In this document: positions 51,951 through 64,000 of the stretch, piece by piece
Layout of the letters: each line of letters opens with the position of its first letter
How positions within the stretch are numbered: the first letter of the stretch is position 1
Source of the DNA: Hypanus sabinus
Lineage: Eukaryota
Length of the DNA stretch: 64,000 bases
Direction: 5' to 3'
NCBI RefSeq assembly: GCF_030144855.1
Contig: NC_082718.1
Location: 79,856,001-79,920,000 of the forward strand
The notes under the pieces: model-generated
Databases searched by the model: none
What the model was told of the DNA's origin: nothing
What the model saw: only the letters and a program-made list of their open reading frames with translations
Position numbers and translations under genes: made by a program

Positions 51951-53144
51951 TGTGGCGACCCACTTCCTAGCGCACTCAAACCGGCTCACAAATAGCCAGC
52001 GCGCCGGCATAGCGACCAGTCCCAAAATGGCGCCAAGTCTGCTTCACCAGCAAGGGGAAAAGTACACGCGCTGGACAGGACTATGAATACGTGCCCCCTA
52101 CAGCATCCGTGCGTGGGACAGGACTGTGAATACGTGCCCCCTACAGCATCCGCGCCCAGGGAGGGCGGGATCAGGAAGGCTTTAAAGCGAGGCCGCGAAG
52201 TTCGAATAAAATCTTTTTGTAACTGCAGTTCATCGACTCCGTGTCATTATTTCAGCGCTGCGTGTAGCACACCGCTACAATTGGTGACCCCGACGGCCCA
52301 AACGATACTTGGGCCAAAGATGACCGATGCTGCATCTGTTCATGCGGTTTCATTGAAACTGCCAAGCTTCTGGGCGCTGCGACCTCACCTCTGGTTCCAG
52401 CAAGCAGAAGTTCAATTCCATGTTCAGCAGATAACCTCAGAGGACACACGTTACTACTACGTGGTGAGCTCCCTCGACCAGGAGACAGCGGCCCAGGTTG
52501 AGGAGTTCATACAGTCTCCCCCAGCGGATGGCAAATACATGGAATTCAAAACCCTGCTAATTAGGACTTTCGAACTCTCACGGCGCGAGCGGGCTGCCCA
52601 CTTTCTGTACCTGGATGGTTTGGGGGACAGACCGCCATCAGCTTTGATGAATGAGATGTTGTCTCTGGCCGGAGGACACAAGCCCTGCCTCATGTTTGAG
52701 CAGGCATTCCTGGAGCAGTTGCCCGAGGACATACGCCTGCTGCTGTCTGACGCGGATTTCAGCGACCCCCGGAAGGTGGCAGCCCAGGCAGACTTGCTGT
52801 GGACCGCCAAGAAGGACTGTGAATACGTGCCCCCTACAGCATCTGCGCGTGGGACAGGACTGTGAATACATGCCCCCTACAGCATCCGTGCGTGGGACAG
52901 GACTGTGAATACATGCCCCCTACAGCATCCGTGCGTGGGACAGGACTGTGAATACGTGCCCCCTACAGCATCCGTGCGTGGGACAGGACTGTGAATACGT
53001 GCCCCCTACAGCATCTGTGCCCGGGGAGGGCGGGATCAGGAAGGCTTTAAAGCGAGGCCGCGAAGTTCGAATAAAATCTTTTTGTAACTGCAGTTCATCG
53101 ACTCCGTTTCGTTATTTCAGCGCTGCGTGTAGCACACCGCTACA
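51951..53144 (+). mobile_element. Internally deleted Ty3/Gypsy LTR retrotransposon (CsRn1-like), gag fragment only
   Basis: 5' LTR 51951-52279 (TGTGGC..GCTACA); PBS TGGTGACCCCGACG complementary to tRNA-Trp; gag from ATG 52320 (AVSLKLPSFW..WFQQAEVQF..ITSEDTRYYYVVSSL); partial 3' LTR ending 53144; 4-bp TSD ACCC; empty site in all five array units. Confidence 0.92.
52813..53020 (+). repeat. 43-bp minisatellite, ~5 copies, in the 3' LTR (2 copies in the 5' LTR)
   Basis: TGTGAATAC recurs at 52818, 52861, 52904, 52947 and 52990; in the 5' LTR at 52082 and 52125. Confidence 0.95.
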
Positions 53145-56100
53145 ACCCCTAAATAAAGGTTTCAAAAGGGTCCCTTTTTTTTCCATTAAGAACTTTAAAA
53201 GACCCCAACAGGGTCAAGAAGAGGTGAAAGAAACAAATCTATCAATGAGTCCGTGCATTTTAAGAATTGGCTGTAAATTGATTCGTTGGTTTAACATTTT
53301 TTCATTTTTGGGGCTGAACACCCAAGGAAATTAAGGCATTAACACATGCCATAAGATAATTCTGCATATTAAGAAAATCATCGCAACTATATGATCCCAC
53401 AGTTTCTAATATGCTCACGCTGAGCATTGGCAACGTCCACCTGACCTCTCAAACAGTTAATGGTTGCTCAGGTAAATCTATTCCAAGACGACGACAACCT
53501 TCTCATAGGGCTTGGAGGCTGGTGAGCCTCAACGACCCAGAGGGTTAAGGTGGCTGGAGTGAGGGCCTTTTGCTTTGGCTCTTGGCAGGGTCGCCTGTGC
53601 CAAACAGACGAAGGTAGAGGGCAGACTAACAGTGGACCACCGCACCTCCAGGTTCAGGTGTTCAGCTCACGGATAAGAGCCCTGACTGATCAATAAACAA
53701 TTGTCACAGAAACAGTAATGAAGAATCCTTCTCTCCAGATGGAGATGGACGTCCTTCATTGCTGCCGAAAATGCCAGATGGATCCAGGGGCGAAGGGATG
53801 ATAGGCGGATGCAACAGGGAGAGTGGGGATGATGACAGAAACTGAGAAGTGATGGCTGTAGGCAATAAAGAGCTGCAGATGATGGAATCTGATAAGAGAT
53901 TCCCAGCCTAATTTCCACCTGGTCTCATCAATATAAAGAACACCACATCAGAAGCATCTGCTGCATTAAACAAGGCCAGAGGAGATGCATGTGAATGTCC
54001 ACCTCACCTGGAAGGACTACTTGGTACTCTGCCACGATGAGGCCAAATACAAGTTGGAAGAGGAAAACCTCCTATTCTGTTTGAGTAGTCCTTAAACTGA
54101 CAGCATTCACCCCTAACTTCCGGTAGGTACACAATTCCATGTGTTCACCCCTTAGTTTTCCCACTTTGTCCGTCCTCTCACCACTTTCCTCCCCACCTTC
54201 ATGACTCTCCCGTCACCTCTCTGGTTCCCCATCTCCTTCCATGGTCCACTGTCCTTTCTTATCAGATTCCTTCTTCTTCACATACACAACATCAACCAAT
54301 AACATTACTGATTTGAGACACTATGCCACTTAACTGGGACAGGAGACTGTTGCCCAACAGTTTCTAAACAGCATCAGCTGTGTGAACTTGTGTAGCTATT
54401 AGACACTACACTGTGCTTAAGGTGAACTCTTTTTAAATAATGCCAGCTGTGTGAGTAGGTGATGAAAAAAGTGGTAATTTTTGTGACTGATAGTTGGTGA
54501 GAAATAAGCAATAAGACAATTCAGAACAGTTTTGCTCACTGAGATGTGAGAAATGGCTGAAAATGCAACCTTTTCAGTACTTCAACAAGTTAGGAATGGT
54601 GAAGAATTTGAAGGTATTGACAATCATCTTGAATGTTACAATGAAAATGAAGATTTGCAGTGTGAAATCATCAAAAGCCTTGTATGAAGGCAATCCATTT
54701 TCGACAGTAGGTGTCTAGACTGATTTTGTTCGTTTACAGGAACTAATATACAGTTTTAAAGTACTGTAGTACTATTGGTAGTGCTCTAATTTGGCTTCTG
54801 TTTCATTTATATACACAATTTTTGGCTCAGTTAACATTAGTTCTATTTTTATACCTTTTTAACTTTTCCATGAAACTTCAGCTAATTGGGGCAGCCACTT
54901 AATTTGGTCCCAATGTGTCCTAACTAACCAGAACCCACCGTGTTTCCATGTGCATGAAGCCACATGTCATGTGAGGCCACTGACAGGGAGCTGGAAAGTA
55001 GGATTAGCATGGATGGGTATTTGCTAGCATTGAATGGTCTATTTCTGTGCGGTGGGATCTGCAGCCAATGTCTAATTTACTAACTCATCCTGAATGTCAA
55101 GCGACCGAATCTTCCTGACCAACCTCCCATGCAGCACCTTCTCGAAGAACTTGCTAAAGTTCATGTAGTCAACCTTCACTGCTTGATCTTCATCAATTTT
55201 CCTGGTAACTTTCTGCAAAAGTTCTATAAATTTGGTTAAACACGACCTACCACGCATAAAGCCCTGTTGACAATCCCTAATCGATCCCTGCCTATACCCA
55301 CCAATAACTTTCCCACTCTGATAGCAGGCTCAGCGACCTATAATTTCCCGGTGTATTTTAGAGCCTTTCTTAAACAAGGGAAAAACATAAGCCAGTCATC
55401 GGACACCTCACCCATTGCTTTGGACGTTTTTAGTCTCCGCTCGGGCCGCTGCATTTTCTCCACTAGCCTCCCACAAGGTCAAAGGAAACACCTTGTCAGG
55501 CCCTGGGGATTTATTCACTCTAATTTGCCTCAAATCAGTAAACGGCTCCTCCCCTGAAATCCGTATATGGTCTATGAGCTCACTGCTGTTCTGCTCATTC
55601 CTAAAGGCTCTATATAGGTCCCTGAGTAAATACAGATGAAAAACAAATCCGTTTAAAATCTCCCCCCCCCCACCCCCCTCCAGTCTCTTTCGGCCTCATG
55701 CATTGAAGACCACTCAGATCTTGAAGAGGACCAATTTCGTTCCTTGCAATTCTTTCGCTGGTAATATATTTGTAGAGGCCCTTGGGATTCTCCTTCAGCT
55801 TATCTGCCAGAGCAGGCAATCGTTGAGCCTTCCCGATTTCCTCCCTAATCTTCAACCCTGGAACAGGATGGAAACTTCTTGCCAAACACTGCAGGGGAAG
55901 TTCCAGAAAGTTCAGCTGCAATCTGATTGGTTTGTCGATACAGCGCGGGAAAGTTAAAAGCCAGCTGGCGACGAGAGGCGGAGACGGGTCTGACACCGGA
56001 GTAGATCAGCAGCACTCGGTGCGGAGTGAAAGGCACAGAAGACATCCTGCAGATCAGCTTTTTCTACAAATTCGACCTCATTTCCTGTACTGTCGCCAAG

Positions 56101-57849
56101 AATTGTAAGACTTTATTTGGTAATCTCAACATTCTCATTTTTCTTTGAATATAAAGTATATAACATACAATTCTCTGAACCGTAGTCTTCAAGTTACAGC
56201 TGACAGTGTACAGGGAGAGAAAGGTTATGAAATGGCCGCTCCTGCTTCCCACATCGATCCGTTTACGGTGTTGCTATGCTTGTTTCGCTATTTTACATGG
56301 TCGGCCTCGGTCAACGGGCTTCGCGAAAGAAAGCAGACGCTGGAATCGCGCACAAAACCCTGGAGAAGCTCGCAGGTCAGGCAGATCTGTGGAAAAGAGT
56401 GAACAGTCTACGCTTCGAGCCGAGGCCCTTCTTCAGGACTGGGGAAACAAAGATGAGAAGACAGAGTCCACCCACCCCCACCCCCATTCCCAGTCCTGAT
56501 GAAACGCCGACTGTGCTCTCTTTGCCACAGACGCTGGGCTCCTCCAGCATGTTGTGTCTGTTGCTCTGGATTCCCAGCAGCTGAGTTTCTCGTGTTTGAG
56601 GAACTCTGCGGGTCGGGCAAGTGGAGGGAAATGCCTAGTCGTGGTTTCAGGCCGAGAGCTTCCATCGCCAGGAAAGATAGAGGGCGGGCGGGGGACTTCA
56701 TTGGAAAGTCGGAATATCCGCTGCATAGTTCGGCTCCTCCCCCCTCCTTTAAGACCGGATAAAAAGCCCTCGGCTGGGATCGTTTCTGTGGGATTATTGC
56801 GTGGCTTGTTGAGATAGTGCGTCAAACGTTCGTTAATATTGCGAAGGTAAAAACGCGTGTGCGAATAAGATGACTTGGGAAGTCTGGGTTCGGAGTGAAC
56901 ACTTTCTATGCGGGAAAGCAGAGCTGGCAGAAAGTCAGACCGAACTAATTCTGTCCTGGTTTCCCCGGACACAGTCCCATTGCAGCTTATTAAACCTCAG
57001 CCCGGTTTCGGAGAACCTGCTGTGTTCAGCTGCTGGACACCCAGCAAACTTTGAACTCCATAAGACCACAAGATAATACTGTATGTAAATATATGAGACT
57101 TGGTTACCAGAGCCATCTCTAGAAATGGGGCCCAGAACTGCTCACAACACTCCAAATGTGGTTTGACCGATCCCTTAGAAAATCTCAGCATTATGTGCTT
57201 GCTTTCATAATTTAGTCTTCTTCAAAAGAATGGAGACATTATATTTGCTTTCCTTACTGATGCAAGTTAGCCTTTGGGAATCGTACACTAGGACTCCTGT
57301 GCATCTCTGATTCCTGAATTTGCTCTCCGCTTAGAAAATAGCCTTTTTTTCTTTTTACCAAGGTGCATGACCCTAAAATTATCAATACCATGTTCCATCT
57401 GCCACCTCTTTGCGTGGCCTCATCATGGCAGTAGAGGTGACCAGGAACTGATATGTTGGAATAAGAATGGGAAATAGAATTGAAATGGCTAATTAGAATT
57501 AATATGTCAGAACGGGAACACAATGTAAATTTGAAATGGCATGGTTTGTCCATGCTGGTATCTTTCCTGTAATACCACAAGCTCTTCATTTTCTATCCTG
57601 CCTGTTACTTCATCAAAGTTCAAACAATGTCACTTTAGAATTAGTGTCTGGGGGGAAAAAAGATCAGATGAATAAATAAGGCTTTCTCTGCTTGTCTACA
57701 AGGTCAACATTCGTGAAACATTCTGTCATTACTGAGAACTCTAATTGTGTTGATATTATAGGAAATGTCATGTAAGTACAATGGTACACGTTCCCATGTG
57801 ATGCAAAGCTCCCTAATCACTTCTCCTTTCTTGACAGTGACTTGACAAG

Positions 57850-58317
57850 ATGAGAGTTCAGGTGAAGTTTATGACTGGTGAGGCTTTCGAACTTGATGTC
57901 GACCCTTCCTTACAGGTGTCGACTCTCAAGATGAAAATCCAGCAAAAGACCAAAGTGCCCACTTTCCAACAGTGTCTGATGGTACAAAATGGTCAAAGCG
58001 TGGAGATGCAGGACAACAGAAGCCTAAACTACTACAACCTCAACCCCAGCCCCACCGTGATGCTGCTGGTCAGGAAAGAGGAACCCATGCAGATCTTCCT
58101 CCGGAATGACAAGGGCAAAACAACGACCTATGATGTGCTGCCCTCTGAGACGGTGCAAAATTTTAAAGAGCGGGTCCGTCGGCAGGAGGGGGTCAGACCC
58201 GAGCAGCAGCGCCTGGTCTTTGGGAGTAACCAGTTGGAGGATGGCCAGTTGCTCTCCGACTACAACATCAAGCCTCAAAGCACCATCTTTCTGCAACTCC
58301 GTCTTCGTGGAGGTTAA
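57850..58317 (+). CDS. ISG15: ISG15-like type B copy 2
   Basis: Protein identical to B1; donor at 56105, acceptor ending 57837. Confidence 0.9.
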   Translation: MRVQVKFMTGEAFELDVDPSLQVSTLKMKIQQKTKVPTFQQCLMVQNGQSVEMQDNRSLNYYNLNPSPTVMLLVRKEEPMQIFLRNDKGKTTTYDVLPSETVQNFKERVRRQEGVRPEQQRLVFGSNQLEDGQLLSDYNIKPQSTIFLQLRLRGG

Positions 58318-61300
58318 TTTATCCTCTGACAGAAGTATTATCAAAATAATAATATTTATATAATATAATATATTATATAAAATAAAATGCCATATTTTCC
58401 AATTTAACATGAAATAAAATAGTACATGTTTAAAAAGAAACTAATGTTGTGAGCAATTGTGTTTGTCTGACTGAATAACCTCCAGATTTGTGTATATTAA
58501 AAAACTGGACTTTTTTCACACCTCGAGGTGCATCAGGTGGCATATTTACCATTTCTGTAGCATTTGAAGTTTTACAATGAGGCTGAGATGCTGGCTCAAT
58601 GCTCAACCCAGCTCATATAGTAAATGTGCAAGGAGCTGGCTAGATTTGAACTCATGGCCATTTGCCTTGAAGTCCAGTGCTGATGCCACTACACTACCAG
58701 CCAGCTATGTCTATATTTCAAGATCAAGTTGATTGTCATTCAACCGTGTATACAGCTAAATGAAACAATGTTCTTCAGAGCCCAAGGTGCAAAACATAGG
58801 ACACATGTCATATACAGCACATGAAATAATATTAACACAATAACACTGACAGATTAAAAACTATTTTGTATATTGACATACCAGTTATAGTTAAATATAC
58901 AACAGTACAGTACTACTGCTGCTGTCAGAAATATTGTGTACTGGGTGGTAGCAGGATTCAGTTTCAACCAATGTCCATATTTGACATTGAAACAAGATTC
59001 AGTGGCTGTAAAATGTATTCACCCCCCCCCCCCAGAAGTTTTCAGTGAATCACAGTGGAGTTAATTTGTTTTCTTTGACACTGATCAACAGAAAATTACT
59101 CTTTCGCATTAAAGTGAAAACAGATCACCGCAAACTGATTTAAATTTATCACAAATATAAAACAAGATAATTGATTGTGTAGGTGTTCATCCCCTTTGTC
59201 AGTATTAAGCAGATGTATCCTTGGCAGCAATTACAGCCTTGAGTCTGTGTGGAGTCTTTGGGGAATGCTTGACACCCCCCCCCCCACACTGAGACTTCTA
59301 TGGAACAGAGGACCATGATAGACTCTGAATAATTCTGCTGTCTCATCCTCTCTGGAGATCTGCAGAGTGCCTGCTGCTGCCCACCTTAGACAAGTTAAAT
59401 GTTGCAGTCAATTCAATGCCTTTATCAACTTCTGGTTACGTCATTTATAGCACCAATAAAAAGTATTCACTCACCTTCGGAAGTTTTCATGATTCATTGT
59501 TTTACAACATTGAATCACATGGATTTAGTTTGGCTTTTTTGACACTGGTCAACAGAAAAATACTCTTTCATGTCAAAGTGAGAACATCTCTACAAAGGGA
59601 TCTAAATTAATTACAAAAATAAAACAAAATTATTGATTGCATAAATATTCATACAATTTAATACGACACTTTAATAACCTTTTAATATGACACACCAAAT
59701 CATCACTGGTACAGCCTATTGCTGTTGAAAAATACTCACATGAAATCTTGGCTGGAGTTTGCCAGAAGGCATGTGAGAGTCTCTGAGGTCAGCTGGAAAG
59801 AGGACTATGATGATACCAAAATTGAGCTTTTTGGCCATCAATCATCAAAAGCACATAATCCCTATCGTGAAGCCTAGTGGTGGCTGCATCATTCTGTGGG
59901 GATGATTCACTGCAGCAGGCCCTGGAAAGCTATGAATGAGGAGGGTAGAATGTATGCAGCAAAATACAGGGAAATCCTGGTGAAAACCTGATGCAGTCTG
60001 CATGAGAACTGCAACTTGGGAAAAGATGTCTTTTCCAGCAGGATAATGACCCCAAGCATAAAGCCAAAGCTACACAAGAATGGCTTAAAAACAACAAAGT
60101 TAATACCCTGGAGTAACCAAGGCAGAGTCCAGACCTCAATGCAATTGAGAATTTGTGGCTGGAGCTGAAAAGAGCTGTCCATTCATGATCCCCATGTAAT
60201 CTGACAGAGTTTGAGCAGTTTTGTAAAGAAGAAAGGGGAAAAATTGCAGCGTCCAGATGTGCCAAGCTGATAGAGATCCATTATTGGGACATCATGGAAG
60301 AAATGTATTACAGCAGTTTTAACTTTGATCATTGTATGAGCCCTTTACAATTAATCCGCCCAATGAATAGCAGACAACCAGCCTAAGGCAACAATAGATC
60401 CCCCGCTCATCCTTGGTATGAGACTGGGCCAGTAGCATTTGAGAGAGTCAGACAGGTCTCTGGGGCTTCACATAGGCCTGGGGTTGGTGAGACTCAACAG
60501 GCCTCCTCTTAGACCTGATGCCCATTGTCCACTTGGGCAGTCACTGGGTGGTACTCAGCCTGGACAGGGGCAAGTAACTGGACTGGCTGAGTCAGTAGTT
60601 TTGGGGGAGGGGGGAAACACTTGTGCTGAAGGATTTACAAAGACATTGGGAACAGCCTACCTGGGCAGAAACTTCCATCAGTGCTTACTTCTATTGTTTG
60701 CACAATTTGTTTCTTTTATCTCTCCCTGCACATCGGGTGTTTGTCAGTCTTTTTTTAATGGGCTCTTTTGTGTTTCTTTGTTTTGTGGCTGCCTATAAGG
60801 CGATGAATCAAGGTTGAACTTTTTTGAAATTTTACATGCAAAAATACTCCGTGGGCAGGAAATCATTGTAAAATGAGATCAAGAAGCAAAGCACTGGGGG
60901 AATTCAGCAGGTCAGGCAGCATCTGTGGAAGCAAAGGGAGGGTGGATGTTTCGGGCCAAGAGTGTGCATCTGAACTTGCGATGTTACGCTGAAGTTGTAC
61001 AAGATGTTGGTGAGGCTTAATTTTACATACATACATACATCCATAGCCATATTGCCTAACTGTGGAAGAAAATTAAGAAGAAAATTAAATTTTGAATTAA
61101 ATTTTGTCTTCAAGCTTGACTAGCTAAGTATTGCTTAAGATTTGGGTCATTGGGACTTGATAAAACATAGACGCTGCCTTGCTGGTGCTAGCTAACAGTA
61201 GATTGTGCCAATAATGAGGTATTGTTAACCTTTGTCTGAAACTGTCTAGCTAATAGAGGAACTGACTGCAGACGTGCAGTTCTGATTTTAAGTATCGCAC

Positions 61301-61599
61301 CAGAACAGTTGTGAACTGGCTGATACCTACCAAGTGGTTCTCGAAGTTGTTCACTAAATACGTTTAGTGGTTGGCCATTGCCCAAAGTTTACTGTATAAA
61401 ATTAAGATGTTACCTGACACTGACAGTCTTAAGACAATGGCTCCCCTGTGATCAAGTATTAGAGGGTTAACCTTATGCCTTTAAGGTCTGTGCCTTTATT
61501 TCCTTTTGATAATTCTACCTTCAGAGTAGAAAATGAGCAGGGTAAATTTCTTCGACTCTAAGATGTTTGCAGGAAGATATAAAAAAGACCGAAAGAGTA

Positions 61600-61835
61600 C
61601 AGTGAACATTTACAAGGACGTTGCTGAGACTTGAGGACCTAAGTTATATGGAAAGGTTGAATAGGTTAGCAAATTTTGCCCTGGAGCATAGGAGAATGAG
61701 GAGAGATTTGACAGAGAATTATGAAGGGTATAGACAGGGTAGGTACAAGCAGGTGTTTTCCACTGAGGTTAGATGAGATTAGATTAAGTGAAAGGTGAAA
61801 TATTTAAAGGGAATCTGAGGGGGGACTTCTTCACT
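61600..61835 (+). mobile_element. CR1 3' fragment
   Basis: Degenerate FTRTLLRLEDLSY.ERLNRL..RRMRRDL..KVKGEIFKGNLRGDFFT. Confidence 0.7.
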
Positions 61836-61839
61836 TCAT

Positions 61840-62830
61840 CTAACGTTTCCTTTCCCCAGCGTAGCCCTACAGTTCCATTATCTGATGTTCCTCCATGGCT
61901 CTTTACAATACACACAGTGGACATAAACCTGCAACAAGTTTTTAAAAAGCCTAAATGTGGAATCAAACTGATAAAGGATATATACACCTGCATTTTAGAA
62001 ACAAATTAGTAATATTTACGGATGGATCAAAGGACCCTAGGTCTGGCCACACAGGTATTGCAGTCTACATTCCTCAGTGCAAAACTCGCGTTAGGAAAAG
62101 AACATCAAACCACTTATCAGTGTATACAACAGAATTAATGGCAATACTGAGTGCGTTATCTTGGATAGAAGAAAATAATGTCAAAAAGGCTGTAATTTGT
62201 TCAGACAGTTTGTCTGCATTAATCTCTATCAAATCAAGAAAATCAGAAAGTAGACAGGGTATTTTATTGAAGACTCTCTGAAAGTTGTATAATCTGACCA
62301 AAAATGGGGTAGAAATAAGCTTCCTTTGGGTTCCTGCTCATTGTGGTGTGGAGGGTAATGAAAAAATGGACATTATAGCTAAACAATCACTCAAATTGTC
62401 TATAATAGAGGTCCAGATCCCTCTAAGCAAAGCAGAAGTCAAAAGCATTATAAAAACATGTATTGAGGAGACATGGCAGATGCACTGGGATGAGAGTGGA
62501 ACAAAATACAAAATACAAAGGCAAGTCAGATACCAAAGAATATCAGGTGGCCATAGAAAGATAGAAGTGATCATCAGTCATTTATGAATTGATCACACAA
62601 GTCTTAATTACACATTATACAAAATAGGGAAACATCCAACTGGGTTGTGTGAATACCGTAATCAACCAGAAACAGTTGAACATGTGTTGGTAAAATGTAA
62701 GAAGTATGAAAGAGAAAGAGTGAAGATGACAGGAGTGCTTCAGATAAACGAAAAAACTGCTGTGGCTATAGAAGACATTTTAAGAGGGATTTCAAGAGAA
62801 ATACAGACCTACATGACATAGCACGCCAAA
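61840..62830 (+). mobile_element. Nimb/I-group LINE 3' part (RNase H plus zinc knuckle)
   Basis: IFTDGSKD..SVYTTELMAI..ICSDSLSAL..WVPAHCGVEGNEKMD (RNase H), then GLCEY..ETVEHVLVKC; in-frame stops present. Confidence 0.85.
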
Positions 62831-62869
62831 GGATTAAAAAAAAAGACTGCCATATACAGCGACCATCGT

Positions 62870-64000
62870 CGGAGTGGACTCAGTCGGAGTGGGACGGCTT
62901 GGGCTCAACAGGCTTCGGCGTGAACAAGCAGAGGCGAGGGTAGGTCCCCAGTAAGTTTTGTTTTTGTTCGTTGAGACAAGAGAGAATGCTCCTCTTGCAA
63001 GATGTGGGAAGTCAGGGAGACCTCCGGTGTCCCTGACAACGATACCTGCAAGAAGTGCATCCAGCTGCAGCTCCTGACAGACCGCGTTAGGGAACTGGAG
63101 CAGGAGCTGGATGACCTCCGGATCATTTGGGAGAATGAGGAGTTCATAGGTAGTAGCTACAAGGAGGCAGTTATGCCAAAGGAGCAGCGCACAGGTAATT
63201 GGGTTACTAGCAGGCGAGGGAAGGGGAAAGGGCAAGCAGACCAGGGCTTCTCTGTGGCCATTCCCCTCAACAACAAGCATACCGTTTTGGATACTGTTTG
63301 GGGGGGGTGACTTACCTGGGACAAGCTGCGGAAGCCGGATCTCTGGCACTGAGTCTGGTTCTGCAGTGCAGAAGGGAGGGGTGAAGAAGAGGAGAGTGGT
63401 AGTGATAGGGGACTTCATAGTTAGAGGTAAAATCAGGAGATTCTGTGGACATGACAGAGACTCCCAGATGGTTTGTTGCCTCCCGGGTGCCAGGGTCAGG
63501 GATGTCTCTGATCGTGTGCAAAGCATTCTGAAGTGGGAGGGTGATCAGCCAGATGTCATGGTACACATCGGTACCAACGATGTAGGAAGAAAGAGTGAGG
63601 AGGTCCTGAAGAGTGAGTACAGAGAGCTTGGTAGGAAGTTAAAAAGCAGGAACTCGAGGGTGGTAATCTCAGGATTGTTACCTGTGCCACGTGCCAGTGA
63701 GGGTAAGAATAGGATGCTCTGGCAGAAGAACACATGGCTGAGGAGCTGGTGTAGGGGGCAGGGTTTCAGATTTCAAGATCATTGGGAACCTCATCTGGGG
63801 CAGGTGGGACCTGTACAAGGGAGACAGGTTACACCTGAACTACAGGAGGACCAATATCCTTGCAGGGAGGTTTGTTAGTGCTATTGGGGGGGGGGGTGGT
63901 TTAAACTAGGTTTGCAGGGGGAGGGAACCAGAGTGCCAGAGTAGCTAGTAGAGCAGGGGTGAAAATAAATGATGTTAAAGTTTCATGCAAAATCACAAAT
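62870..64000 (+). mobile_element. CR1 LINE 5' end and ORF1 (zinc finger, leucine zipper, SGNH esterase), runs off the right edge
   Basis: CKMWEVRE..TCKKCIQLQLLTDRVRELEQEL; VVVIGDFIVR..CLPGARV..VHIGTND..VVISGLLPVPRA; frameshifted. Confidence 0.92.

Larger units (their letters stand above)
51171..60685 (+). repeat. Segmental duplication, copy 2 (partner 32425-40791)
   Basis: Colinear with copy 1 apart from the 1194-bp LTR element and small indels. Confidence 0.95.

Noticed and set aside
52813-53020. 43-bp repeats as a CRISPR-like array
   Set aside because: Head-to-tail with no unique spacers, inside an LTR, in eukaryotic DNA.
61351-61368. Small hairpin CACTAAA-TACG-TTTAGTG
   Set aside because: A 7-bp stem is expected by chance and there is no supporting context.

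Overview
Eukaryotic vertebrate DNA, most likely a cartilaginous fish (ray/skate). This is inferred from the CR1, Penelope, Rex1 and HE1-like repeat landscape and from the co-occurrence of OAS with a fish-type ISG15. The window is an interferon-stimulated gene cluster. On the left are the first two coding exons of a minus-strand 2'-5'-oligoadenylate synthetase (OAS/OASL family) gene with its catalytic Asp triad intact; the gene runs off the left edge. Head-to-head with it lie seven intact di-ubiquitin ISG15-like genes ending exactly in LRLRGG-stop. Five are near-identical 'type A' copies in a ~4.42-kb tandem array, each with an ISRE promoter and a 5'UTR intron. Two are 'type B' copies (29 of 155 residues differ from type A) in a ~8.4-9.5-kb segmental duplication offset by ~20 kb. 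The rest is mobile DNA: CR1, L1/Tx1, L2, Rex1, RTE, Nimb and Penelope remnants, Tc1, a full-length decayed Buster hAT with TIRs and TSD, a solo LTR, and an internally deleted tRNA-Trp-primed Gypsy element. There is also a 2-kb inverted duplication bracketing the array. The main lead is the physical linkage of OAS to amplified free-standing di-UbL genes, the two parts that are fused in amniote OASL. All alignments were done by eye and repeat boundaries are approximate unless TSD/TIR coordinates are given.
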